Below are positions 45,912-55,290 of a stretch of DNA of 64,000 nt, piece by piece. Location: the IMG/VR virus record IMGVR_UViG_3300032132_000748, one strand, 5' to 3'. How positions within the stretch are numbered: position 1 is the first letter of the stretch; the number at the start of each line of letters is the position of its first letter. The DNA is from a virus (taxonomy: Duplodnaviria; Caudoviricetes). The notes below the pieces were generated by a model that was not told the origin of the DNA, made no database searches, and saw nothing but the letters and a program-made list of their open reading frames with translations. The translations under genes were made by a program, and so were the position numbers.

Positions 45912-46888
45912 TAGTAACTCCTATTCCATCGATATGGATTTCTTCTAGCGTAGATTGAGGAATAAAGCCCGCTCTTAGGAAATAATCCTTCAGGGTTTCT
46001 TCTCCTTCTAGCGTAGATTGAGGAATAGAGACCATTCTTAGGAAATAATCCTTCGGGGTTTCTTCTCCTTCTTCGTGGGGCTCTTGGGGCTGCGGTTGGT
46101 GTGCGGCCCCAATCTTCAAGTTTTCTTCCTGCCGTCTCTGCGAGACGAGCGCCTTCCGTAGTTAAAGCTCGTCCAGTTACTCGCGCAGCACCTTTAACTC
46201 CTTCCATAAAGGAGTTTCTACGATACCTTTTATCCGGTTTTTTGCGAGTAGGATACATGGCGTCAAGCTCTCTGTCATGAGAGACAGGTCGTCCGCTATT
46301 AAAGCTCCATCCCGGATTACGGCGATACCTATCGGCTCCATAATCTCTTCTGTGTATTTTTGGTCGGCCACCTCTGAAACTCCATCCAGATATTTCTTCA
46401 TGGTCAAAATGCCTCTTTGGTCGATTTCCCGTAAAGCTCCACCCAGGGTTTCTACGATAGCTTCTAGCGCGCAGAGGGTTCCGTCTGCGGGTTCTTCTGC
46501 TATTCCAGGGGTTTCGCCTGCTATTGTGTCTACGTCGTCCCCAGGGGTTTCTACGGCGGCGTGAGTAGATACTATCGAATAACCCGTCGTCGCCCTGTAG
46601 GGGATTCTTTTTATAAAGCTTAGAGATTACATTTTTATAATGACTCTCATCTTTGAATTTATTATTTTTGTCGGCTAGAGGATCATACAGTGAAGGTCCC
46701 CAAGGGTTTCCTTCTGGGTCTGGATTCCTTCGGAAAGAAGATAAGCGGTCAAAATCTACATTTCTTCTGCGAAATGAAAGTAATCTACCGGGATCTAAAG
46801 AGTTACGTCGTCTAGATAGTCCAGAAGAGCGGGTTAGAGGTCGTGGGTGATTTCCCCATCTGTTATATCTACGTGCATATCTTCTCAT
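45911..46888 (-). CDS. Arg-rich RRNP-repeat protein (putative nucleoprotein)
   Basis: About a dozen RRN[PSV] repeats; internal 63-bp tandem duplication. Confidence 0.75.
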   Translation of the reverse strand: MRRYARRYNRWGNHPRPLTRSSGLSRRRNSLDPGRLLSFRRRNVDFDRLSSFRRNPDPEGNPWGPSLYDPLADKNNKFKDESHYKNVISKLYKKNPLQGDDGLFDSIYSRRRRNPWGRRRHNSRRNPWNSRRTRRRNPLRARSYRRNPGWSFTGNRPKRHFDHEEISGWSFRGGRPKIHRRDYGADRYRRNPGWSFNSGRPVSHDRELDAMYPTRKKPDKRYRRNSFMEGVKGAARVTGRALTTEGARLAETAGRKLEDWGRTPTAAPRAPRRRRRNPEGLFPKNGLYSSIYARRRRNPEGLFPKSGLYSSIYARRNPYRWNRSY

Positions 46889-46940
46889 GCATTGATTATA
46901 TCAATTGGTTAAGTAATTAACAAATAATTAGGTTAAGCTA

Positions 46941-47579
46941 TTACGCTTTATTAAGCAGCTTCCAAGCGGCAGCGGCAATAATGGCCCAGCCAAGGAGTTT
47001 AACTATTCCAGCAGGTTTTCCTTCACCGAAACCAGATAGCCCTTTGCTTTTCATGCTCTTCTTGTATTCTGCGGCTTCTTTTGCGTTAAGTTTTTTGCCG
47101 AACTGATCGAATAATGGATAACCTTTTCTAACTTTCATAGCTGTTCCTACATAAGTAGAAACACCTGTAGCATTTTTGTTATCTTTAACAACCTTTTTAA
47201 TAACAGAATCCAACCCCGGCATATTCTTTGCATAGAGGGAGTAGAGTTTTTCTAGGTCCTCAGACTTAATAAATTCAATAGGATAATTAGTCATCAAGTG
47301 TTTAATGACTTCAAGACGAACCTTTAATTTTCTATATCTTTTACCCGCATCAGAATCGTAACCCAGGACTTTCATTTGCTGAGCGGCTGCTTCAACTTGC
47401 ATTGAAACACGATCAGCTTCTCTTTTCATATTAACTGTAAACTCTTTACGACCAAGATTGTGCGTTAGAGGATACATCTTATATGATGATACTTGTGTAG
47501 TCTCTTCTGGGACATCAACGTTAACGTTGAATCCTTGTCCAGTCGAGTATCTATAAGTTGCGTGACGATAAGTCTCCAT
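46941..47579 (-). CDS. Tail-anchored protein
   Basis: LSGFGE then C-terminal TM. Confidence 0.7.
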   Translation of the reverse strand: METYRHATYRYSTGQGFNVNVDVPEETTQVSSYKMYPLTHNLGRKEFTVNMKREADRVSMQVEAAAQQMKVLGYDSDAGKRYRKLKVRLEVIKHLMTNYPIEFIKSEDLEKLYSLYAKNMPGLDSVIKKVVKDNKNATGVSTYVGTAMKVRKGYPLFDQFGKKLNAKEAAEYKKSMKSKGLSGFGEGKPAGIVKLLGWAIIAAAAWKLLNKA

Positions 47580-47625
47580 AGTCCCTCATTAACAGTATAT
47601 CAAATTAGAGTAAATATTAGGCTAA

Positions 47626-48765
47626 TTAAGCTCTAACTTTTTTAACCCGTTTTGTTCTTTTGACAATGGGTATTAATCTTCCCGGTTGACTATCCTTGGC
47701 TTTGGTTCGGGTCTTGGCTTTAGCTGGTTTAGAAGGTTTCATCGGTTTCTTTGTAGTAACTTCTTTATTTACAGGTGCTTTCTTTTTTCTTCTAGGTTTG
47801 GGTAGGGAGGGTCCTGCGCTAATTATGGGAGTTTCCACTACAGGGGCTGGTTTTGGTTTTCTTTTCCGCTTCCTTTTTGGTTTTGGTTTTTCTACAGAGG
47901 GACTCTCATCTTTATTAGATCTTGTTAGTTTGATAATCGCGTTTGGGTCAATGCCTCTTGGTTCTGGTAGTTGAGGTAAGTCAACCTTAACTTTTGGTTT
48001 AGTACCTATAACATGAAAAGCCGAATCCATGTTACGCATGAGAGCGCGCTCTTCCTGATCCCATTCAGTAGACTTGTCCATTTCTGGCTTTTTCTTAACC
48101 TTTCGGGGTTCAACTGTTTGTTTACCCATCACCAGGGCTTCGTAATCACCCATGAAATCGGGATCCTTACTCGCCTGAGTGAAGGCTCTATATCGTTGAA
48201 TAGATTTGATCGTTTTATCAAAACCGCTTTCTTTTTCTTCGGGATTTTCTTTCTTTGTTTCATCCTTTGTTAAGAACTTATACATCCAAAAAAGGCCGCC
48301 GACAGATGATGCTAGTGCAGTTCCTAGTAGGAGTGTCTTTTTCTTTGATTTAAGCCAATTAACAACCATTAAAGGCCCATTCAAGCCACTAAACGCACTT
48401 GCTTTGACCATTTGTTTCTTATTACTCTCTTTTTTGGGAGGTTTCGGAGCTGGTTGTACTTTTTGTGGAACTGGTTTAGGCGGTTCAGGCGCTATTTTTG
48501 CGCTTTTAAGGACTACATATAAATCTCTATATTTCTGGTCTAAATTAGACACCTGTTGAGGATGTCCTTGGTATTGTTGTAGTTCAGTTGCTTGTTTTTT
48601 CCTCATTGTGCGAGCAATGGCATCCCTCGCAAAGTGGGCATCAGCAGGTGGGGTAAAAGCCATCATTCTTATGATGGTGTCTTTGAGGGTTACGTAGTCA
48701 TCTACAGTCTGGATGACTTTCAGCCCTTCTCTAAAGGTTATAAGTGTTTCGCGACTTGGCATCAT
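47626..48765 (-). CDS. Lys/Pro-rich membrane protein
   Basis: FSGLNG then central TM; basic C-tail. Confidence 0.7.
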   Translation of the reverse strand: MMPSRETLITFREGLKVIQTVDDYVTLKDTIIRMMAFTPPADAHFARDAIARTMRKKQATELQQYQGHPQQVSNLDQKYRDLYVVLKSAKIAPEPPKPVPQKVQPAPKPPKKESNKKQMVKASAFSGLNGPLMVVNWLKSKKKTLLLGTALASSVGGLFWMYKFLTKDETKKENPEEKESGFDKTIKSIQRYRAFTQASKDPDFMGDYEALVMGKQTVEPRKVKKKPEMDKSTEWDQEERALMRNMDSAFHVIGTKPKVKVDLPQLPEPRGIDPNAIIKLTRSNKDESPSVEKPKPKRKRKRKPKPAPVVETPIISAGPSLPKPRRKKKAPVNKEVTTKKPMKPSKPAKAKTRTKAKDSQPGRLIPIVKRTKRVKKVRA

Positions 48766-49061
48766 TTACTCCGAGACTTTATTTTAGCAAACTTTCTCCA
48801 GACCTTGAAACCGATGTACACTAAAGTCATAGTTCCTACTACTGTCAAAGTGCTTCTTACAGGAAAATCTTTTACCGCAGAAAAAACATTCTTAAAGTCA
48901 TCCCGAAGACCGGATAATTCATTGGCTGCCATTTCTCCGAAATTTATTCCACCGAAGTTCATTCCCATAAAAGGGTTACCTGGATTCTCAGAAGAGGGTT
49001 GCTCAGCGGCATCTGGCTCCTCCGTGTAATAATCACTCGATTTGTAAACTTTGTCTGCCAT
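48762..49061 (-). CDS. Small membrane protein
   Basis: FGGINFGE; C-terminal TM. Confidence 0.65.
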   Translation of the reverse strand: MADKVYKSSDYYTEEPDAAEQPSSENPGNPFMGMNFGGINFGEMAANELSGLRDDFKNVFSAVKDFPVRSTLTVVGTMTLVYIGFKVWRKFAKIKSRSK

Positions 49062-49073
49062 CTTTCTATTATA

Positions 49074-49916
49074 TCAATTTTTTTCAAGACCATTAGTCAA
49101 TCGGTCAAAGTCTTTCTCTAGTTTATAAAGTCTGCGAGCTAGTCTGCTACTCATCTCTCCGTAGACATCAGAAAATTTGATATCTACAATTGTTCCATCA
49201 TCAAATTCAAGACTAGTTTCATGCTCACCTTCGTGATCATAATTCAAACCCATCGTACACCCACCGATCGATCTGCTGAGCAATTTTAGGTCTTTAGCCG
49301 TTTTGATTATTAATTTCTCTTCACTTCTCTGAAGAACATTAACAACATGCCCTTCTTTGGGTTCCTCATGGTCTTCAAAACTACCCCACTCAGCCATTAT
49401 CCACTCGGAAATGAAATCATCGCTGCTTATATAGTCTCCTGCAACCGGACGTTCGAGAGTAATAGTGTCTTGCCCAAGCCCCCAGGAATTTGAGGCGTTT
49501 CTTTCTGTTGCTTCTATTTTTGTGTCTTTTAAGAACGAAAGATCTATTTCCGTAGCTATAAGAGAGTCTAATGCGCGCCTTGATTCTTCATCTCTTCCTG
49601 CGCGTTTGAGCGCAGTTGCCCACGAAAGAATATCCCCAACAGATCCAGTTGTCCTAGCTCGTCTCTCTAGAGAACGAAGATCAGTGTCTGCATTTCGCCT
49701 ATAAACAGGATTTCTTCTTTTGGAAGTTGCTGGTTCAGGGAGAGCTTTGACTGCAAGGATATACCACTGATCTAAGTAGTATCGAAGATCCTTTTCCATA
49801 CTCTCTTGATATTTATCAGGATCCCAGCCTTTTTTGACTAAGATTTTCTCGACAATATCTGGGTCTTTACTCTTTTCGGAAGCCCAAGAGGTTACGTGTT
49901 GCTTCCAATAATTCAT
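49074..49916 (-). CDS. Hypothetical protein with RRNP/RRN motifs
   Basis: SKRRNPVYRRNADTDLRSLERRA. Confidence 0.65.
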   Translation of the reverse strand: MNYWKQHVTSWASEKSKDPDIVEKILVKKGWDPDKYQESMEKDLRYYLDQWYILAVKALPEPATSKRRNPVYRRNADTDLRSLERRARTTGSVGDILSWATALKRAGRDEESRRALDSLIATEIDLSFLKDTKIEATERNASNSWGLGQDTITLERPVAGDYISSDDFISEWIMAEWGSFEDHEEPKEGHVVNVLQRSEEKLIIKTAKDLKLLSRSIGGCTMGLNYDHEGEHETSLEFDDGTIVDIKFSDVYGEMSSRLARRLYKLEKDFDRLTNGLEKN

Positions 49917-50815
49917 TACTTACAACCGAAAAGTAAGAGTGCTCCTAGAGTAGCGCCTGCTGCAACTGCAGCTAATGCAAGTTTAGGATCTACCGATTTA
50001 GCAGTGGCCGGAGCCTTTCCTGCGTTTGTTAAAGCAGTTGCTGCTTCTTTTTCTATCGCCCCTTCAGTTGCTGCAACAACGTCGTCTGCGAGGTAACTAT
50101 ATCCATTCATTGCCCTATCGTTAGTAGGGTTATAAGAGGTTGAATTTATCTTATCCATACCTTTGGATAGTGACTTATTATGCATCATAGCGATTTTATC
50201 TACCTGATGCTCTCTATTGAGGTTTTCTCTGGCTTTTGGAGGTAACTTGATGCTAGCCTTGTGCATCAGCTTCTGAATTCCTTCAGATAACTGTCTCATT
50301 TGTTTTTTCTGTAAAGCTACTGCTTGAAAGCAACGGTTAAAGTCGGAATCTATGTCGTCTAATCTTAGTCCGATTTCTTTACGCATTCCGATTTTTTTAT
50401 GTCGGTCGGCAAGAGCACTTTTAAGTGTTTCTCCGATTAATTGATAGTTAACAGTTGTCTCATGTAGAACGCGTTTACACCTATCTAGGGTATACCCAAT
50501 TCCATCATTTTGGGTTGCCAGAGTTCTGTGCATATTCTCAAGAAATTCTAGTCTTTCTCTGTCCTTAAATGTGACGATACTTTCTAGGCGCTTCAACCCT
50601 ACGGTTGCCATATCACCTTTCTTGGTTAATTCTCTATGTGCGGATGCCAGTTTATCATATTTGGCTCTGTGATCACGAAGGGTTTCGGTAATCCATTTCA
50701 AAACTTCTGTCGGATTTGGCGGGACTAGACGCCTATCCTGAGCAGCAGATTCTTGTTTAGCTAGATCACCTAATAAATCTTCATATCCGTTAAACCCATT
50801 AGGTATTATTGTCAT
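49916..50815 (-). CDS. Coiled-coil tail-anchored protein
   Basis: FNGYE, MNGYS; C-terminal TM; GAGG RBS. Confidence 0.7.
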   Translation of the reverse strand: MTIIPNGFNGYEDLLGDLAKQESAAQDRRLVPPNPTEVLKWITETLRDHRAKYDKLASAHRELTKKGDMATVGLKRLESIVTFKDRERLEFLENMHRTLATQNDGIGYTLDRCKRVLHETTVNYQLIGETLKSALADRHKKIGMRKEIGLRLDDIDSDFNRCFQAVALQKKQMRQLSEGIQKLMHKASIKLPPKARENLNREHQVDKIAMMHNKSLSKGMDKINSTSYNPTNDRAMNGYSYLADDVVAATEGAIEKEAATALTNAGKAPATAKSVDPKLALAAVAAGATLGALLLFGCK

Positions 50816-50879
50816 ATGGAACCTCAACTGTAATTATAACAAAAGGCTTGCTGTAATCGGATAAATAGATTTTTAATTC

Positions 50880-51188
50880 CTACGAAGCTGCTTGCTTCTT
50901 TCGTCTCATGGACCAGGCAAAACCTAAAAGGAAGAGTCCAATAAGCCATGTAGGGAAACCTTTGTATTTTTCAGAGAATAATGCGGCCTTCTTAGGGCCA
51001 GGAACAGTAGGTTTCTCGTCGTCATCGTCATCGTCATCGTCTTCAGCCTCAGCCTGTCCGAAGTAACCCCCTAAACCACCTAACCGAATATCGGTTCTTT
51101 GGGTGGGCGGTGATGATCCTCGTTTGCTATAAAGATCATTATAGATACCATCTTTAGAGTAAATTGATTTAAATAATCCTTTAGACAT
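50880..51188 (-). CDS. Tail-anchored protein
   Basis: LGGLGGYFGQ, poly-Asp, C-terminal TM. Confidence 0.7.
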   Translation of the reverse strand: MSKGLFKSIYSKDGIYNDLYSKRGSSPPTQRTDIRLGGLGGYFGQAEAEDDDDDDDDEKPTVPGPKKAALFSEKYKGFPTWLIGLFLLGFAWSMRRKKQAAS

Positions 51189-51589
51189 TAGAGCCCCCTC
51201 AATGATCTTGCGGCAAAATACATCCTAAAAGTTGTCTGTGCTGCTCCGCCGTTAACATATACAACTCTAGCAAAAGGGGCCACTATTTGCACTTGTAATG
51301 CATTGTCTGTAATATTGCCCCCTGTGATAGCATGAGTTGATATTGTAGTGTGTGTTGTCGATAGTGCTCCTGAAGGAAAATCAGCAGGAGATAGTCCTTG
51401 TTCTATGATGATTCCATCAGGAGAAGCACTATCAACGTCTGAGAAGGCAAACCCTGATATGTGTGCGTAACCTGCTACAGTGATTACTTCTCCGAAGAAT
51501 GAGGCCCCTGCGCCGAGAATATCGGCATCAACGGCTGCGCCCACAATAAGTGTATCAATCTGAGAAAGGTGAACTTTATTACTACTCAT
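51188..51589 (-). CDS. Small beta-rich putative virion protein (jelly-roll-like)
   Basis: Beta-strand pattern; APFARVVYVNGGAAQTTF. Confidence 0.5.
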   Translation of the reverse strand: MSSNKVHLSQIDTLIVGAAVDADILGAGASFFGEVITVAGYAHISGFAFSDVDSASPDGIIIEQGLSPADFPSGALSTTHTTISTHAITGGNITDNALQVQIVAPFARVVYVNGGAAQTTFRMYFAARSLRGL

Positions 51590-51601
51590 TTATCTCCTTT
51601 A

Positions 51602-52342
51602 TTAGCGGTTACGGAATACATCGTCTAGTTCATCAATAGGGAACATATGACCAAATATTACTGCTTTAACTGCAATATCTCTTGCTGCAATTGCTGTTGT
51701 GGCAATGCAGTTTTTTACACTTACCTGAATCGGCGTATTTTCGTTAACTATAGCAAACATCTTTGTGTTGTTATCTAAAGAAGATATCATGCAGGGGAAG
51801 TTGCCATAGTTGAAAACGGGTGTCCCACCCGCTTGGACACTCCAGGCTATGTCGTCAGGAGAGCCGTCTGGTTTCTGGAATGCAGTGCTATCACCGATCC
51901 ACTGACCGAAGCTTGTAATAACCGCAGAAAAACCTGATGGGATGTCTAGCGTCCCACTAGACCCAGTTTGGGGTGATCCAGGTGATATAACTGTAGTTGC
52001 ATCAACAAATAGATCAACAAAAGTTGTGGGATCTGGAGGAAGCAGAGCAGAACCAAAAGCAAAGAATCGCTGGGAACGGAACGATTCAAAGTTTGCTCTT
52101 GGTAAGTAGTTGATAGCCGCAAAGCTAACCTGATTACCGCTTAGAGAGGGTGGTATCGGTTCAACGAAGGATCTATAAGATCCTCCAGATGTTTGATAAA
52201 CATCACCCTCAAATCCCGGTAAGAAAGTTCCATCGGGCAAGGATACTGGACCCATGCCACGAAGGTCCTCAGGGAGTTCTCCGAACTCCCCAAAGCCTGA
52301 AAAATCAGGTAACTCTCTTTCAGTAAATTCCCGATCTGCCAT
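51602..52342 (-). CDS. Putative single jelly-roll capsid protein
   Basis: FSGFGEFGE leader; IPSGFSAVI, DDIAWSV..GGTPVFNY, AVIFGHMFP strand pattern. Confidence 0.5.
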   Translation of the reverse strand: MADREFTERELPDFSGFGEFGELPEDLRGMGPVSLPDGTFLPGFEGDVYQTSGGSYRSFVEPIPPSLSGNQVSFAAINYLPRANFESFRSQRFFAFGSALLPPDPTTFVDLFVDATTVISPGSPQTGSSGTLDIPSGFSAVITSFGQWIGDSTAFQKPDGSPDDIAWSVQAGGTPVFNYGNFPCMISSLDNNTKMFAIVNENTPIQVSVKNCIATTAIAARDIAVKAVIFGHMFPIDELDDVFRNR

Positions 52343-52347
52343 AAAAA

Positions 52348-52956
52348 TTATCCAGTAGTGGTCTTAAGATCTTCAACGTGATAGACCTTATAACCGATCA
52401 GACCAAGACGAACTTCGTTAGAAGCAAGTGAGAGGTCAGTTAGTTCTATTGTTATTGTTGAAGCACGAGCAATAAAGCGTGGCTTCGGCAAAATTAGCGG
52501 TAGCTGTGCTGTTCCTGCACCGATATCGGAGTGAACAGCAATGTTTGACCACTGACGATCGTTGGACGAATCTCGAACCAGGAACGCAAAAGGGGCTGTA
52601 GCTACACGAACCAACTTAGTTAGATAGAAGTCGGCTTCACGGGTAATTGAGATCGTGGTTGTTGCTGTTCCGCCTGAAGCGAGAGTTATAGGACTAGTAG
52701 CGTAAATGAAATACTCATCGAAGTTACCAGATTCGATCTTTCTGATCTTTTCTGCTAGCTTGAAGTTATCTTTACGTAGTCTTTTATTTTCTTCCTGCAT
52801 AGATAGCAGAATTTCTTGTAGAGTTTGTAGGTTTAAGCTTCCGCCTGCAGCGGCACCGCCGCCTGCGTCTGCTTGACCGAAGCCATTACCACCACCATAT
52901 CCACTAAATTGTGGTTGCTGTGGTTGACCCCAGTTTCCAATATTATTGTAAGGCAT
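52348..52956 (-). CDS. Putative single jelly-roll major capsid protein (Helvetiavirae-like)
   Basis: YFIY...LASGGTATTTISITREADFYLTKL...RDSSNDRQWSN...GTAQLPLILPKPRFIARASTITIEL...LIGYKVY. Confidence 0.6.
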   Translation of the reverse strand: MPYNNIGNWGQPQQPQFSGYGGGNGFGQADAGGGAAAGGSLNLQTLQEILLSMQEENKRLRKDNFKLAEKIRKIESGNFDEYFIYATSPITLASGGTATTTISITREADFYLTKLVRVATAPFAFLVRDSSNDRQWSNIAVHSDIGAGTAQLPLILPKPRFIARASTITIELTDLSLASNEVRLGLIGYKVYHVEDLKTTTG

Positions 52957-53089
52957 GTTATTTTCCTGATTCTTATTCGATTATCTCGAACGTTTTTAAT
53001 TCAACCTGTGTATCATTAGTTGGCCACTAATTCAGGCTAGTTTAATTAGATCAAATTATTGATTGTAAAACAAGTTTCTAATTTGTACA

Positions 53090-53125
53090 TAAAAATAGCC
53101 CAGAAGTATTTCTGGGCTATTTTTA
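53090..53125 (-). terminator. Intrinsic terminator
   Basis: TAAAAATAGCCCAGAA/TTCTGGGCTATTTTTA. Confidence 0.75.
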
Positions 53126-53143
53126 GTCTAACTAAAGGAGCCC

Positions 53144-53731
53144 TTAGCGACGGCGGCGGCGAGCCTTCTTACGACCACGTTTCTTGGCCTTGCCTACCTT
53201 AGCGAGTTTCTTGATTCCCTTTGACTTAAGCCACTTACGGCCAACCTTTGACTTACGCAACTTTCTAACTGCGCGGTTGAAAACCTTACGTGCTGCGATG
53301 GTTCTACCCTTTCCACGACTAATGCAAGCCTTAGCTGAGCGGACTGTTGGTGCCTTACGAGTCTTAGGGCAACGGCTGCTCTTACGCTTACGTGCGGAAA
53401 GCTTAGGGCGTCCGACCTTACGTTTGCGTCCGCGCTTCTTGGCCTTAGCCTTACGACGCTTCATCTTGCGCTTCTTACCGGCCATTACGCCATTCTTAGT
53501 CTTCCAAACAGAGAGAAGCTTTCCTCTCTTACCCTTAAGATAAAGAACAATTTTTCCTGCTTTTCTAGCTTTAACTAGATCTTTGCCTACAGCACTTTTA
53601 ACAAGAACGGAACCTTGACCCTTCTTGAAGGGCTTGTTGCATCGAACGTTACCTTTTTTATCAATCCAGCAACTGGATTTAATCTTGGGACGCTTTGTCT
53701 TAAGCGCAGCGACTTTTGTTTTCTTTGCCAT
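53144..53731 (-). CDS. Extremely basic histone/protamine-like protein
   Basis: K/R dominated with almost no acidic residues; GAGGAG RBS; own terminator. Confidence 0.75.
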   Translation of the reverse strand: MAKKTKVAALKTKRPKIKSSCWIDKKGNVRCNKPFKKGQGSVLVKSAVGKDLVKARKAGKIVLYLKGKRGKLLSVWKTKNGVMAGKKRKMKRRKAKAKKRGRKRKVGRPKLSARKRKSSRCPKTRKAPTVRSAKACISRGKGRTIAARKVFNRAVRKLRKSKVGRKWLKSKGIKKLAKVGKAKKRGRKKARRRRR

Positions 53732-53817
53732 TGTGGTTACTCCTCGAACAAGTTAATTTTAACAAACTTAGATATTGTTATGCTAACAAAATCTACGATT
53801 AATTAACATCATTTTTC

Positions 53818-54735
53818 TTAATTTTCAGATTTATTGCTATTTTTCCAGTATTTTTCCAGCCATTTAAATGTCTCAGATAGATCTTCTTTATTCGCATAAT
53901 CGATTAAATTGTCCAAAATTCCAACATTATCAAGCGCAACTTTCTCATTAAAAATCGAATCAATTCGATGGTATTTGTCTCCCAGCAAGCGACTGCACTG
54001 ATACTCTGTAGTGAATTTCATGCAATCGAAGAAAATATCGATGAGAAGGGGAGCCCACTGGCTAACACCCCAGTCTAATTTTTTCCCGGATACAAAGGTT
54101 GGGGAAAATCCAGGGCCTATAGATAGAAGATTGATATCTTCTAACTTTTGCTGTCCGGTTTTGGTGTCTAAAGCCTGGGCAACCGCTGAAATACAAGGGC
54201 TATTAGCTGCAAACCCTCCATCCACGTACCCTTGATACGAAGGGAAATAAGTAGGTGCTGCAGCGCCCTTTATGAGAGCGTCAACAACAAGCTCCTCTAG
54301 GTCCGTATCCTGATAATTATTGTAGAATTTAGGTTTCCAAGTTCTTGGGGTAGATTCATTATCTAAATCAAAAGCTGGGATTAGTATTTTTTTCTCTAGG
54401 TCCCCTAGTTTCTTGCTTCCGAAGTATTTTTTCAATACAGATTTGAGATTTGCATAATCATAGTCTGCACCGATGAGCTTTCCAAGATCCTTTATGTCAT
54501 CCCAATAAGAATCTTTGAATATTTTCTTTAGGTTGCTTCGATATAGGTCTACTATCTGCTCTGGGGCTACTTTCGCAGCTATGGCAGCAGCTATAATTGC
54601 ACCTGTAGACGCTCCAGCCAGAGCGTCTATGTTATTAATTAATTCGGGATACTCTTTGAAGCATCTTAATAAGATTTGTGCGGAATAGAGGCCCTTAACG
54701 CCTCCACCATCTATAACTAAAATATTGTAGCTCAT
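53818..54735 (-). CDS. Patatin-like phospholipase
   Basis: DGGGVKG, GASTG, APTYF, DGG. Confidence 0.93.
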   Translation of the reverse strand: MSYNILVIDGGGVKGLYSAQILLRCFKEYPELINNIDALAGASTGAIIAAAIAAKVAPEQIVDLYRSNLKKIFKDSYWDDIKDLGKLIGADYDYANLKSVLKKYFGSKKLGDLEKKILIPAFDLDNESTPRTWKPKFYNNYQDTDLEELVVDALIKGAAAPTYFPSYQGYVDGGFAANSPCISAVAQALDTKTGQQKLEDINLLSIGPGFSPTFVSGKKLDWGVSQWAPLLIDIFFDCMKFTTEYQCSRLLGDKYHRIDSIFNEKVALDNVGILDNLIDYANKEDLSETFKWLEKYWKNSNKSEN

Positions 54736-54776
54736 ATTTAAATAATATCAAATATGAGCTACAAAAATTTCTAATT

Positions 54777-55280
54777 TCAGTCTGCTGTATCTGGGCCTAA
54801 ATTAATAAAAGGGCGGCTAAGTCTAATGTCATTAGCTATCTGTGAACCCCTCAGATCTCTGCTCGGCCAATCTATATGGTCATGATTTACATCCCCGCCA
54901 GGAGTATTGAGATGCCACAACTCATGATACATGGCAGGAACTTCAAATTTTTGTCCAGAAATAACAGTAATATTACCCCCAGGAAATCTAATACAGCCAA
55001 TTGCATTTTGGGTATCACCACAATCAACTGTTGTTTCTGTCGTAACTGCAGCTACCGCGAAAGCTGTTGTTTCTCCAAAATCTTTTTCGAACTCATCCAG
55101 ATGAATCTCAACAGCGTCTAGTATTAGTTTTTGATTCTCTTCTGAGACAGCGGGTAGTTGAATAATTAAATTTCCTACAACTACTCCAGGGGGTGTTCTA
55201 TTTTTCTTTTTATGATTTCCACAGCCAACAGGTGTTAGCAGTAAAAGAACCATTGCCACGTAAGTAGCTACTTTAGTCAT
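54777..55280 (-). CDS. Lipoprotein with HExxH zincin-like motif
   Basis: Signal peptide ending VGC; YHELWH. Confidence 0.6.
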   Translation of the reverse strand: MTKVATYVAMVLLLLTPVGCGNHKKKNRTPPGVVVGNLIIQLPAVSEENQKLILDAVEIHLDEFEKDFGETTAFAVAAVTTETTVDCGDTQNAIGCIRFPGGNITVISGQKFEVPAMYHELWHLNTPGGDVNHDHIDWPSRDLRGSQIANDIRLSRPFINLGPDTAD

Positions 55281-55290
55281 ATATCCTTCT

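Noticed and set aside
53818-54735. CBASS system (CapV effector)
   Set aside because: No cyclic-oligonucleotide synthase or Cap2/Cap3 nearby
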